A stretch of DNA of 56,154 nt from an uncultured virus (IMG/VR IMGVR_UViG_3300034072_001506) (lineage: Duplodnaviria > Heunggongvirae > Uroviricota > Caudoviricetes), in the IMG/VR virus record IMGVR_UViG_3300034072_001506. The stretch is one strand, 5' to 3'. The notes under the pieces are model-generated. The model had not been told where the DNA came from and ran no database searches. It saw only the letters and a list, made by a program, of their open reading frames with translations. Positions 30,484 through 40,385 of the stretch are shown piece by piece. The position numbers and the translations under genes are program-made. Every line of letters begins with the position of its first letter. Position 1 is the stretch's first letter.

Positions 30484-30768
30484 TCAAGCCTCAGGGTTGT
30501 TGGATTTGTCTTGGGCCTTTGCTTCTTTATTTGCTTTTATTGCGGCCAGAATAGCATGATAGAGAAACTTCTCCAAGGATTCACGACTTGCTCCCTTGAA
30601 CCCTTCTTCAATGGCTGCTGCGACGCCTTCAGCAAGACCTCGCTTACTAGTCTGTGCGCCATTTTTGATCCATGCTGCCATATCTAGCTGGGCGATCGCA
30701 CAGGTCAGGAGGGTGTCATCGGGAAGATCCCTGAAGCCTTCCAGAAGAGGATGATCAGCATAGTTCAT
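30484..30768 (-). CDS. hypothetical protein
   Basis: ATGA-coupled chain of small ORFs 30484-31210. Confidence 0.6.
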   Translation of the reverse strand: MNYADHPLLEGFRDLPDDTLLTCAIAQLDMAAWIKNGAQTSKRGLAEGVAAAIEEGFKGASRESLEKFLYHAILAAIKANKEAKAQDKSNNPEA

Positions 30769-31194
30769 TGGTTTACCTTGTTGGCTTCGGCGAACTCACC
30801 CCGAAGAGCAAGCTCAGCAGCCCGTTCATTGTTCCAGGGGCCGCTACCAAGCTCGCCCGGATTGTGAACGGCAAACCATCCACCGGTGCCCTTGATGATC
30901 TTTGGATATGGACGGTCGTCCTCGGTCCATTTGATATCCTGAATCATCAGTAGCCCGCCGCTTTCATTGTTTTGATCACATTACAGCCGCGACGTTGGGT
31001 CCAAGCAATGGTCTCCTTTACGGATTCCAAATACCCGGCCAGGATCCCTGGATCTCGCTTGTCTTCAAAATGTCCAAGACGAGGCCAGGGGTCCTGCGGA
31101 TCCAACTGCTCAGCAAGCGATTCCGTGACCACATGGAGGTATTCCTCGGGGTCTCGTCCACCACGTGTGGTATGGATGATCACAACATTTATCA

Positions 31195-31830
31195 TCAGAC
31201 CAAATCCCAATCCGGATCTTTTACATCCTGTCGAGCGTCAAACTTCTCGAACATGCGACGCATATCCTCATAGAGCTTGGGATCACCCTGGGTGAATCCT
31301 GCCCACTGCTCCTTCTTTTCCTGAACCCACTTGCGAGCGAATCCCGGGTCATTGGCCACGATGCTGGGCATGTTGGACTTCATATCAGCCAGCTTGACCG
31401 TTTGACGACCGGGCGAAGCATTCCAGGAATGAAGCTTGTCCATTTCCTTACGAACCTTGCGATTGCCATCTTCGGGTTTGCTGACATCGGAGACTTCAGC
31501 AACACCTGCCACGATTTCAGCCGCAACATCATTGCCAAATCGCTTGCCGAAAAATTCCCGAATGTGACCAAGGCCACGCTTGGTGTCCTCTTCGCAGTCG
31601 TGAAGGATTGCCACTGCTACATTGATAGCATCGTTGTGGATGGACTTGGCCACCATCTTGGCCACCTGGATTGGGTGAACCTCATAATGGGCCTTGGAAT
31701 ATTTGCGACGCTGACCGCCCAGAACGGGATCAGGCTTGAGCGCATGGTTGCGATGCGCGTCCATCATGAATTCCATTGCCGCAAGGACAATAGGATCCTG
31801 CATTACATCATATGTTGTTTCTTGGTTCAT
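31195..31830 (-). CDS. HD-domain hydrolase, RelA/SpoT (Mesh1/small alarmone hydrolase)-like
   Basis: AH..Q.RK...YEVHP..VA, AILHDCEED, VKLAD..SN. Confidence 0.8.
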   Translation of the reverse strand: MNQETTYDVMQDPIVLAAMEFMMDAHRNHALKPDPVLGGQRRKYSKAHYEVHPIQVAKMVAKSIHNDAINVAVAILHDCEEDTKRGLGHIREFFGKRFGNDVAAEIVAGVAEVSDVSKPEDGNRKVRKEMDKLHSWNASPGRQTVKLADMKSNMPSIVANDPGFARKWVQEKKEQWAGFTQGDPKLYEDMRRMFEKFDARQDVKDPDWDLV

Positions 31831-31860
31831 ACACCCGTGATAACACAGGTGTTCAGGTTG

Positions 31861-32142
31861 TCAAGCCCAAGTTAACTTGAACAACATAGCGATCTGTGGA
31901 TCTAGAAAGAAAAAGGAGGCAGTTCCCCCTTTCCAATCATCCCAACAGGTCCAATCATTGCTCATGGTATCATTTGGGAGACCATTCCCAGAGATCCACT
32001 CCAAGACCTCATCCTTGAGAACCGCCCTATCCACTAGAGAGTTTTTGCGCCAAATATCGTGGGTGTTTTCCAGAGGAATATCAAAGACAGGATACATCTG
32101 CACCCCTCGTCTGATTGTCACTGGTTGAGCCGTCAGCCCCAT
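31861..32142 (-). CDS. small protein, AxxFKLxW family
   Basis: Ends IAMLFKLTWA; alternative start at 32097. Confidence 0.65.
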   Translation of the reverse strand: MGLTAQPVTIRRGVQMYPVFDIPLENTHDIWRKNSLVDRAVLKDEVLEWISGNGLPNDTMSNDWTCWDDWKGGTASFFFLDPQIAMLFKLTWA

Positions 32143-32393
32143 AGAAGTTTGAACTCCATGGCTATTTCTGGATCTTTGAACAACCAAAATCCTGCAACTG
32201 GGATCAGATAGTCGTTGCGTGACTCTTTGGTACCGCGGACTAAACCTCTGGCAAGGGCCCAAGCTTGTCGTTCCGCAGCGGCTTCGGAGGTAACTTCAGC
32301 ACATTGAACTGGTGTCCAATGTGCTGTCTCTTCGTAAAGTGGAAACCTTTCCACTATTTGTCGATGTTTGATTTCACTCCGACTGGGCATCAA
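32133..32393 (-). CDS. small protein, AxxFKLxW family
   Basis: Ends FKDPEIAMEFKLLWG. Confidence 0.7.
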   Translation of the reverse strand: MMPSRSEIKHRQIVERFPLYEETAHWTPVQCAEVTSEAAAERQAWALARGLVRGTKESRNDYLIPVAGFWLFKDPEIAMEFKLLWG

Positions 32394-33046
32394 ACGTTGA
32401 CCAAAATCTCATCAGGGCAATCTTCAAGGATCACACGCTCAAGTTCCAAGTTGGCTCTGGCAATGCGCATCTTCTTTCGCGCCTGATGTGTATGGAAAAT
32501 GGTCCTATAGTCGATGGACGAAAGAAATGCTTTGCGGCCAGCAAGATATTGCTCACGTCCAAACTTGGAATATTCCCGCCAGATGTTTCTGGAATATTCC
32601 AGATAGTGATGATCAGGGCAGAGGAAAACGTGCATATCAGCATCGTTCATCATCTTGAACTGGTAAGAAAGGTTATCGTCCACCTTATGGTTCGCAGTCA
32701 TGCGAATCATGTTGGCAACATTGAGAATTGACGTAGCACAGGCCACCTTACGCCTTTTGGCATAGTTCAGCCAAGCTTGTGCTGACATCTCTTCGTTATC
32801 CTTTCTATCCACGTCATAGACGGAATCGTGATAGAAAAGAGCAATTACAACCTGGGCTTGCCATCCATAGTGGATATGGACAAACTTAACACATTCGTAA
32901 ATGTGTTGCCATGTGTGGTAATAGCGGCCGGGTTCGCTGTAGGCTTTGCGGAGTCTGAAGTATTCACTCCAGTCAGGCCAAAGACCAAGTTCCTTGTGGG
33001 CAAAGAACCAGGCCGGGGCCAACACCATGTCAAATTTCAGACTCAT
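32390..33046 (-). CDS. HD-superfamily metal-dependent phosphohydrolase
   Basis: YSEPGRYYHTWQH, FYHDSVYD, DNEEMSA, DAD, EY...Y..GR..FL. Confidence 0.85.
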   Translation of the reverse strand: MSLKFDMVLAPAWFFAHKELGLWPDWSEYFRLRKAYSEPGRYYHTWQHIYECVKFVHIHYGWQAQVVIALFYHDSVYDVDRKDNEEMSAQAWLNYAKRRKVACATSILNVANMIRMTANHKVDDNLSYQFKMMNDADMHVFLCPDHHYLEYSRNIWREYSKFGREQYLAGRKAFLSSIDYRTIFHTHQARKKMRIARANLELERVILEDCPDEILVNV

Positions 33047-33069
33047 TTGTATAACCTAACGCAATTTAC

Positions 33070-34659
33070 CTATGAGTCAATATCGTATTGACGTAGCAGG
33101 GCAATTGTATTCTTGAGGCCGTATGCCTGGGTGAAGGCACCGAACCTTGGACCGTCACTTGATCCCAAGAGACATTCATACAGCGACTGGAACCAAGCTC
33201 GCAGGGGCGTGAAGCCATGGCGCTTTCCAACTTCGTAGACCTGATATTGGTAGTGCTCGGCCGTCATATTTTCCAACATTCCGGAGAATCGCGCAGCAAG
33301 TTCGTTGAAAGCTTCTCGCTCCTTGGGCGTAGGCTGGCGTCGCTCTCGATTGAATAGGCCCTTGGAGTTGGCATAACTGATGACCTTGGGTGCCATTTCC
33401 TCCACATATCCAACAGTTTCGGCTGAAAGATTCCGATCCTGCATCAAATAAGACAGCAGCTTGTCTGGCTCCTTGGTCTGAGCCACAATGGCTAGATTGA
33501 GCAGGAGGCTATAGGAGATGTCGGGATCAAGCCTTATGGGATCCTTGACCTGAAAATGCCAGATCGGATCATCAGCAGTGATTTCTTCCTTCTGACAAAG
33601 CTTGATATACTGGTCTTCAAGCTGGGGAACCAAGTCCCTATAGAGCTTCTTAGCAGAGCGAGGATTCTGAAACATCAATAACATGAGCGAACCGTGTGAC
33701 CCATAGGTCATCCAATCCTCAATAGAGAATCCGTTGCCCTTGCTCTTGCTGATCTTGGCTCCTTGTTCGTCGAGGAACAGTTCATAGGTCAGATTGAGCG
33801 GAGGAGTCCCGCCGAGAACACGGCAGATCTGACTAGAGGCCCGGACGCTATCAATGAGATCCTTGCCGGACATTTCATAGTCCACATCAAAGTAGACCCA
33901 GCGCATTGCCCAGTCGACCTTCCACTGAAGCTTGACTGTGCCATTGTGAATTCCGCTGATAACGTCGTCGTTGAGATCTTCCCGCCAATAACGAATCATT
34001 CTGTGCTGATCTTCGACCAATTCCAGACGGATGGGAACATCTTGATTGCGAAGAGTAACTGGCATGAAAGGACTATAGGTGGCACGACGATCCGCCCCTA
34101 GCGTGGGAAGCATGATATCAAGGATAGCCTGATTATTGTCCCATACTCGATCAAGCATATCGTTAAATGCGCCCAGCCAGTAGTATTCACTAGAGCTCAC
34201 CATGCCAAAGCGAGCACCCTTGGCCGTGTTACCTAGTGAACTGCCATCAAATGACTGAAGAAGTGGCTCAACGAACCTGGCAAGCTTTTCGTTATTCGCC
34301 TGCCCAAAGCTAGAATCAGGTAAATTAATATATGGGTTGGGAACATTTGACAAAGGGCAACCCAAGTAGTCATTCATCCACTCAGGCATATCATCGGGAA
34401 CCTTACGAAGCGCGTCGTAATCGTCCGAGAACATGATAAGGCGAGTTCGATAAGCATAGTTGGTGAGCTTGTCAAAGGCCCGCATTACCCAAAGGGTGCG
34501 GACAACTTCACCAAAGGTGCCAATATGAGGAGCGCCCGAGGGACCATAGCCGGTCTCGAATGTTACGATGTCACCGGGCTTCTTGCCCTTCTTCTCAATA
34601 TGAGCGAGAAGACTCCGGGCTTCCTGAAAGGGCCAAGATCGAGCATCGGTGGGGTTCAT
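33070..34659 (-). CDS. lysS: lysyl-tRNA synthetase, class I
   Basis: WPFQEAR, ETGYGPSGAPHIGTFGEV (HIGH), DDYDALRKVP, KLQWKVDWAMRW, GKDL, KISKSKGN (KMSKS), GPRFG. Confidence 0.95.
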   Translation of the reverse strand: MNPTDARSWPFQEARSLLAHIEKKGKKPGDIVTFETGYGPSGAPHIGTFGEVVRTLWVMRAFDKLTNYAYRTRLIMFSDDYDALRKVPDDMPEWMNDYLGCPLSNVPNPYINLPDSSFGQANNEKLARFVEPLLQSFDGSSLGNTAKGARFGMVSSSEYYWLGAFNDMLDRVWDNNQAILDIMLPTLGADRRATYSPFMPVTLRNQDVPIRLELVEDQHRMIRYWREDLNDDVISGIHNGTVKLQWKVDWAMRWVYFDVDYEMSGKDLIDSVRASSQICRVLGGTPPLNLTYELFLDEQGAKISKSKGNGFSIEDWMTYGSHGSLMLLMFQNPRSAKKLYRDLVPQLEDQYIKLCQKEEITADDPIWHFQVKDPIRLDPDISYSLLLNLAIVAQTKEPDKLLSYLMQDRNLSAETVGYVEEMAPKVISYANSKGLFNRERRQPTPKEREAFNELAARFSGMLENMTAEHYQYQVYEVGKRHGFTPLRAWFQSLYECLLGSSDGPRFGAFTQAYGLKNTIALLRQYDIDS

Positions 34660-34675
34660 ACTTCTTCCTCTTTAA

Positions 34676-34714
34676 TTCTCGGGGTCATGATACGTGATGA
34701 CCCCGAGAAGTCAA
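34676..34714 (-). promoter_or_regulatory. promoter TTGACT-N16-TATCAT with 13-bp inverted repeat TTCTCGGGGTCAT-N8-ATGACCCCGAGAA around the -10
   Basis: Read directly upstream of lysS; could also act as a terminator hairpin. Confidence 0.6.
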
Positions 34715-34718
34715 TCAG

Positions 34719-35108
34719 TTAGGTAAGAACATAGGTAACGGTTGTCTCGGGCTTGACCCGTCCATACTGGATCAGCACCGGAAGCCAGCTGTTGTCGATC
34801 TTCGGCGCAGTTTCGGGCTTGACTTCGTTCCAGTGACGAAACCGTTCCACCTGCAGATCAATCACCGTATCAAGGAGGTTTTCGAGATGGAGAACCTGGG
34901 ACAGGACATTGTATCGACCCTCGATGATGATCTGAAGCTGGGGCCAACCGGCGTCGCGGATCGAAATCTGTCCATCCTTGTAAAAGCCGCTCAGCTTGAG
35001 CTCAAAGCCCTTGGTTTCATCATAGGAAATTTCATTGGGAATCATACCCAGGATGGGCGACAACGCCGTCAAAATCGAGGCGAAAATTTGAGCACGAGCT
35101 TCGATCAC
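34719..35108 (-). CDS. hypothetical protein
   Basis: GTG start after AGGAGAT; promoter module. Confidence 0.65.
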   Translation of the reverse strand: MIEARAQIFASILTALSPILGMIPNEISYDETKGFELKLSGFYKDGQISIRDAGWPQLQIIIEGRYNVLSQVLHLENLLDTVIDLQVERFRHWNEVKPETAPKIDNSWLPVLIQYGRVKPETTVTYVLT

Positions 35109-35164
35109 TAGATATCTCCTTGTTTGCTACTATGCTACCAGTTGTAACACGTTCTGGTGACTTG

Positions 35165-35635
35165 TCAACACCAGAATAGCATTCTAGGTTTCCGTCGTCT
35201 TTTCTGCTTGTTCAAGATCTTCCCAACCACCTTGATATCTGCTCTCTTGCGAAGGGCAGTCGGATCTAGATCAAGTTCAGGCCATTTTTGGATTTTGGTT
35301 TCGAGGCGCTTCTTGTGCTTTTTGAGATAAAATCTCATACCCATAACACTCTGGTTATAATCTTTTGACCGTTTTATGCTCAGCATGAACAATCGCTTGT
35401 CAGTGGCTTCACCAGGATTACGTCCACACTTGGGATTATAGGGCACTCGCTCCTGTTGCTCGGCTTCAGTTCGATTCCTGAGAACACGCTTAAGATGCCG
35501 TTCAACAGACCAATACTCACAGATATCTACCATGATGCCCATGACTTTGGCATGGGCATTTTCTAATCCAGCACGTTCTAGCGCCTCTATGATTTTAAAA
35601 GGATCGTTATAAATTTGCTTCAGACTGGGACGCAT
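35165..35635 (-). CDS. hypothetical basic protein
   Basis: 156-aa ORF; stop in the promoter -35. Confidence 0.6.
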   Translation of the reverse strand: MRPSLKQIYNDPFKIIEALERAGLENAHAKVMGIMVDICEYWSVERHLKRVLRNRTEAEQQERVPYNPKCGRNPGEATDKRLFMLSIKRSKDYNQSVMGMRFYLKKHKKRLETKIQKWPELDLDPTALRKRADIKVVGKILNKQKRRRKPRMLFWC

Positions 35636-35683
35636 GGTTTGACCTTGTTGGGGAATTTGATCTTATTCCCGTAGTCAACCAGT

Positions 35684-36175
35684 TTATAGACAACTGCGCC
35701 TAACGTCAAGATTAGAAGCTCTGTTGCTTTCGGCCAAAATGTTCAAAACTGCCTGCTTGATGTTTTCGTTGGTTTTGCCTTCACTTATGATGGTTGTCGA
35801 AAGAACCGTCAGATAGAATTCATGATCGTCCCCATAGCCATACGGGGGTCTATTCCGAAACGTCTCCTTTACCAAACCAGCACATTTAAGGAGATCAATT
35901 GCCCTTTTGACGTCTACTTTCTGAAGCCAATAAATGGCATAGCTGTTGGTTTCACCAGTAACAGATTCCCGAACCTCTTGACCATTGGCCATGGTGTCGG
36001 GTTCTTGACCCGACAACTTTTTATAGACGCACAGGTCCTTTATCGCCATAAAAATTGATAGGGCAAGACTATGATCGCACAGTTGCCTTTGACCTACCAT
36101 CCAAAGGGAATCTGAATAGAGGTATCTCTTGGTCCCGATCATACGCTTGACGAATTGAGCTGTGGTTTCTGTCAT
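35684..36175 (-). CDS. hypothetical protein
   Basis: 163-aa ORF. Confidence 0.6.
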   Translation of the reverse strand: MTETTAQFVKRMIGTKRYLYSDSLWMVGQRQLCDHSLALSIFMAIKDLCVYKKLSGQEPDTMANGQEVRESVTGETNSYAIYWLQKVDVKRAIDLLKCAGLVKETFRNRPPYGYGDDHEFYLTVLSTTIISEGKTNENIKQAVLNILAESNRASNLDVRRSCL

Positions 36176-36282
36176 AAGAAATGTCTAGCATAGGTTTATT
36201 TTTTGTCATCTGAATATTGAAAACGCGAATAAGTATATCATACAATGGAGTTTGGTCGCGCAATTAAGGATAATTTAAAGTA

Positions 36283-36585
36283 ATGTCTGGTCTGAAAATC
36301 AAACAAATCAGCAACTCAGGATCACCCCCTGATTCTTACATTGCGTTTAATGGCGCAATGAACGTGTGGCAGAAAATTCGGCATGTTGTAGAATTCACTT
36401 CTGCTGATCTCGTAAATGGTGTCCTAACAGTCCAGCATGATCTTGGTCGTAAATATGTTGTGGTCACGGTTTATGATGAAGATGACTTCCAGATAGTAGC
36501 GGACCAGGTTAAAGTTTTTGACGATGTGGTTGAGATCTATTTGAACAGTTTCAACGTCACCAATTGGGTAGCTATTATTTCCTAA
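36283..36585 (+). CDS. putative virion structural protein
   Basis: VQHDLGRKYVVVTVYDE...IVADQV domain also present at the C-terminus of 36647-37774. Confidence 0.65.
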   Translation: MSGLKIKQISNSGSPPDSYIAFNGAMNVWQKIRHVVEFTSADLVNGVLTVQHDLGRKYVVVTVYDEDDFQIVADQVKVFDDVVEIYLNSFNVTNWVAIIS

Positions 36586-36646
36586 CAAACAGTCTGACCC
36601 CCAGGAAACTCGCTAAATATAGCGACTGTTTCTGAGGGGGTTACGC

Positions 36647-37774
36647 ATGAAGACTGGTATCATAACACAAGTAGGCGCAATTACCACGTCTTCAGGTTCT
36701 GTGAGTGGCGCTGCTGGTAGTAACCTTTCTATAAATCTAGGATCTGGAAATGCTGCTGGCAATTCTGCTGGTGGATCTCTCCGTATCAAACCTGGCGCAT
36801 CTTCTGGTAGTGGTTCTGGCGGTGGTGTTGATATCTTGCCCTTCAACAGCACGGCTGGATCAACCTCTGCTATTCGCTTTTTTGGAACCAACTCCACAAA
36901 CTATGTTGCCCTAAAGGCTCCTGATTCCCCAACCAATTCAGTGTGGACGCTCCCAGACGCCGACGGATCAATAGGACAAATTCTTCAGACGAACGGATCT
37001 GGAGTTCTGAGTTGGATTGATCCGCCTCTTTTAGCTTCTTTTGATGGTAATTCTGGTTCTATACCTATAGATTTCTCTGTTGATACATTGAAGATTGCAG
37101 GTGTAGTAGGTATCAACACTGTTGCCAGTAGCGGTGGCACGAATGGCAACGCCGTTGATATTAGCATTTCACGAAACGGTCTAAACCTAAACGCCACCCC
37201 CGTTGGCCCAGATCAGGTTTTGATTTTCAATAGCACATCAAGCAACGCGCCAGCTTATGCTACCTTGACCTCCGTGATCAGCAATTTGAACATCGTTACA
37301 GCTTCTACCAATGGATTTTTGGTTCGCACGGCAGCTAATACCTATGCTTCTAGGACAATTTTTGCCAGCTCTACTGCTGGTCAACAAGGCATCGTATTAA
37401 CAAACGGAAACGGGGGAGTAGGCGACACCCTAGTCGGTTTGAACATCAACAACCTATCGGCTGGAAGCGTCAATTCATCGACCACCGTGCCATCTTTTGA
37501 TGGCACCAACAATGTCAAGATAACTCCAACCCAGATCGTCGCTGCCCGCATAGTCAGAGGCACTTTTCAAAATTCTACCATTTCAGGTGCTGGTGGGGCA
37601 TTGGCTGTTACACACAATCTAGGGGTCTCGAACGTTCTAGTTCAGGTGTATGATGAAAACAATCGCCAGATACAACCAGACGAAATCACGCTGACCAGTA
37701 ATAACACAGTAACTATTGATTTGAGTTCGTTTGGAACCATTTCTGGTACTTGGTCCTATATAGTTTTTGGATAA
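36647..37774 (+). CDS. putative tail-fibre-like virion protein
   Basis: G/S/N/T-rich; WTLPDADGSIGQILQTNGSGVLSW fibre repeat motif. Confidence 0.7.
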   Translation: MKTGIITQVGAITTSSGSVSGAAGSNLSINLGSGNAAGNSAGGSLRIKPGASSGSGSGGGVDILPFNSTAGSTSAIRFFGTNSTNYVALKAPDSPTNSVWTLPDADGSIGQILQTNGSGVLSWIDPPLLASFDGNSGSIPIDFSVDTLKIAGVVGINTVASSGGTNGNAVDISISRNGLNLNATPVGPDQVLIFNSTSSNAPAYATLTSVISNLNIVTASTNGFLVRTAANTYASRTIFASSTAGQQGIVLTNGNGGVGDTLVGLNINNLSAGSVNSSTTVPSFDGTNNVKITPTQIVAARIVRGTFQNSTISGAGGALAVTHNLGVSNVLVQVYDENNRQIQPDEITLTSNNTVTIDLSSFGTISGTWSYIVFG

Positions 37775-37783
37775 GGAGAAAAC

Positions 37784-39139
37784 ATGCGCGTAGGAAGAGA
37801 GAACGGTCTTCTTTTTCCAAACACAAACGGCAGCACTGGCCAAGTTTTGTTTAGTCAAGGAAATGGCAATGTATCATGGGGCACTCCAGATCCGGAGGCT
37901 ATTGGCGCGGTTACCTTGACGACCACACAGACCGTATCGGGTCAGAAGACTTTTTCAGCGTCACAGACGAACTTTGGTTCTTCTGGGCCAACAACCCTCA
38001 ATACTTCAGGAAGCCAGATCATTTTCCAGCAGACTGGATCAGCAAGTGGCACTTCCCGTTTGACTTTGACAAATGATTTTCAAAGAAATGGTGCGGTATT
38101 TGAACAGGTGACTGGTCCTGATCTGGTCGATTTTGCCTTCTTAACGCCTACGGGCCAAGCGAACGTCCGTTATGAACGACGTCCTATCTTTTTTAAAGGC
38201 GAGGGTTCTACTTTTGAGTTTCAGATCGGAACACCAGATACTCCTGAGCTTATAGTTGCCAACAATGGGGTTCTAGTAAAAGCTGGTATTCCCTTGAAGG
38301 CTGGAAATATCAGACTTGACGAAGAAGTGCCTACTTCATCAGCTGAAGGTTCAGTAACCCTCGGTGCGAGATCACTGGCTGGTAGGATGACACCAGTTTT
38401 TGTTGGTCCAAGTGGTCTGGATGCTACTATTCAGGCACATATTGGTAGAAATAAGATCAGTATGCTGATGCCAATCGTAGGTGCCACTGCCCCTAGCCTA
38501 TGGGGCTTGGCCGCCCAGACAGTGATAGGCACTGCTCAGACTAGAACGGTATCAGGAACGAGTCTGCTTTCAAGTCTGAGACGTATTGGTTATGTGAGCG
38601 GGACATCAACAACATCAGGTGCAGGATACCGAAACCCAACTCTACAGTGGTGGCGAGGTAATTTCGCCAATGCCGGTGGTTTCCACTTTCATCACACATT
38701 TGGTATAGTTGACTCAACGGTAAACGGAAACAAGCGAATGTTTGTTGGTATGGTCGGGTCAACTGCTGCTCCAACAAACGTCCAACCCAATACTGTTTTG
38801 AACATCGTTGGAGTCTGTAAAATGGCCGGCTCCAACAACATGCAGATGGTTTGTAACTCAGGCACTGGCACCGGAACATTGGTTGATCTTGGCTCCAATT
38901 TCCCCGCCACCGGAAGCAATCTTGTCTACACCTTATCACTATTCTCACCACCAAATGGTAGCTTCATTGGGTGGAGGCTTGATCGACAAGATCAGGTCTT
39001 TACTGCGTCTGGAATATTCAACTCAAATATTCCGGCCTCTGATCAATTTTTGACTACATCAGCTTGGGCAGTGACAAACACAGCCGGTCCAACGGTTTCT
39101 ATTGAACTGATCAACTTTTACGTTGAAACTGACAACTAA
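37784..39139 (+). CDS. putative tail fibre / receptor-binding protein
   Basis: FPNTNGSTGQVL...GNGNVSW and QTVSGQKTF fibre motifs; beta-rich C-terminus; AAGGAG RBS. Confidence 0.7.
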   Translation: MRVGRENGLLFPNTNGSTGQVLFSQGNGNVSWGTPDPEAIGAVTLTTTQTVSGQKTFSASQTNFGSSGPTTLNTSGSQIIFQQTGSASGTSRLTLTNDFQRNGAVFEQVTGPDLVDFAFLTPTGQANVRYERRPIFFKGEGSTFEFQIGTPDTPELIVANNGVLVKAGIPLKAGNIRLDEEVPTSSAEGSVTLGARSLAGRMTPVFVGPSGLDATIQAHIGRNKISMLMPIVGATAPSLWGLAAQTVIGTAQTRTVSGTSLLSSLRRIGYVSGTSTTSGAGYRNPTLQWWRGNFANAGGFHFHHTFGIVDSTVNGNKRMFVGMVGSTAAPTNVQPNTVLNIVGVCKMAGSNNMQMVCNSGTGTGTLVDLGSNFPATGSNLVYTLSLFSPPNGSFIGWRLDRQDQVFTASGIFNSNIPASDQFLTTSAWAVTNTAGPTVSIELINFYVETDN

Positions 39140-39142
39140 AGA

Positions 39143-39167
39143 CAATGGCGGGCAAAGCCCGCCATTG
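39143..39167. terminator. hairpin CAATGGCGGGC-aaa-GCCCGCCATTG between convergent genes
   Basis: Perfect inverted repeat; near-identical copies at 53786-53804 and 54686-54712. Confidence 0.7.
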
Positions 39168-39192
39168 CTCTATCAGCTTGTCAAAGGGCCAG

Positions 39193-39573
39193 TTATCCCT
39201 TTTGCGATTTCACATACACAAGCTTGGCATAGGCGCTCTCGAGACCCCGCAGGGTTTCTACGGCACCTTCGATATGCTCCAGACATTCAGCTTCATCAAA
39301 GATGATGACGCCGCCCCTTTTGTTGACATAATCCTTTATCTCAAGGGAATCTCGAAAAAGGGATGCGTTGACAACGTTCACGGGATACTTGTGCCGCGCG
39401 ATGCCGCGCAACGTAGTCGCAGCTTCATAGACCATCGATGTCACGTCGTGACTGGAATGCTTGAGGATATACAGGCACTGATTCTCCAACGGGCCGTATA
39501 TCAGGTCGATAAGAGAAGTCTTGATCGACACCCGATTCAATACTTTGTCATCAGTCGTGTTGAGCAAAATCAT
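39193..39573 (-). CDS. hypothetical protein (degenerate P-loop fold?)
   Basis: AGGAGATCG RBS; VIIFDEAE Walker-B-like, no Walker A. Confidence 0.6.
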   Translation of the reverse strand: MILLNTTDDKVLNRVSIKTSLIDLIYGPLENQCLYILKHSSHDVTSMVYEAATTLRGIARHKYPVNVVNASLFRDSLEIKDYVNKRGGVIIFDEAECLEHIEGAVETLRGLESAYAKLVYVKSQKG

Positions 39574-39673
39574 TCCCGATCTCCTTGTGTCTGCCTATAA
39601 ACTGGTGATAGCATCAATACCAGAAGAGTCAATCAGAATATGGAAGGGGAGGTAGCATTACCTCCCCTTGTCA

Positions 39674-40198
39674 TCAGTATTCACGATCAGTGTCAGCATA
39701 CACCCGGTTGGTGTTAATCTCCGCACGATAGATGCCAGGGGTGCCACCGGAAGATATGAAGGAAAACTGATCATCTCGGGTGGTGTGGCGACCGGCGGGG
39801 AGATTGAGCGTGATGATATGGTCTTCGCGCCGAATATAATCGCAACTCTGCAGGGGCTGGTCATAGGTGTCACAGCGGTAGAGGATACCGGTGAGCTCTG
39901 CAGTTTCCACCAGATATTCCGAATTGTTCACGAACTTCCAGTTGATTCGGAACATGGGACTGATGTCAGCAGGTCGATTGCCTTCCATTTCATCCAGCAT
40001 TGGCGTGCTGACGGAAAATTCATATTGGTCTTCCGTGAGAACCTTGGACGTCCACCACGAGTCCCAGAGAAAAGCCGAAAGGGCGATCGAGACCACGATC
40101 AGGAAGAGAATCCGGAAGGTCTGGAAGGTTGACAAAAAGCCAACGAACAATCCAACGGCAATTGCCGATCCCCAACCTTCATTCTTTGTCTTGGCCAT
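39674..40198 (-). CDS. hypothetical membrane protein
   Basis: Two N-terminal hydrophobic helices; AGGAGATCG RBS. Confidence 0.7.
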   Translation of the reverse strand: MAKTKNEGWGSAIAVGLFVGFLSTFQTFRILFLIVVSIALSAFLWDSWWTSKVLTEDQYEFSVSTPMLDEMEGNRPADISPMFRINWKFVNNSEYLVETAELTGILYRCDTYDQPLQSCDYIRREDHIITLNLPAGRHTTRDDQFSFISSGGTPGIYRAEINTNRVYADTDREY

Positions 40199-40385
40199 AT
40201 CGATCTCCTTGTGTCTGCCTATAAACCAGAGTTAGCACAAAAAGGGTATCTGTCAACCAGAAAGGAGAACCCTGCCTTTATAGCAGGGTTCTCATCCTCG
40301 GGATGGGAGGGCGAGGATTGGGGTTGTCAACAAGGAGAATCGACAGCAGTTTGTCTGCACTCAGCAGACGGGCCTGTCAACAGCC

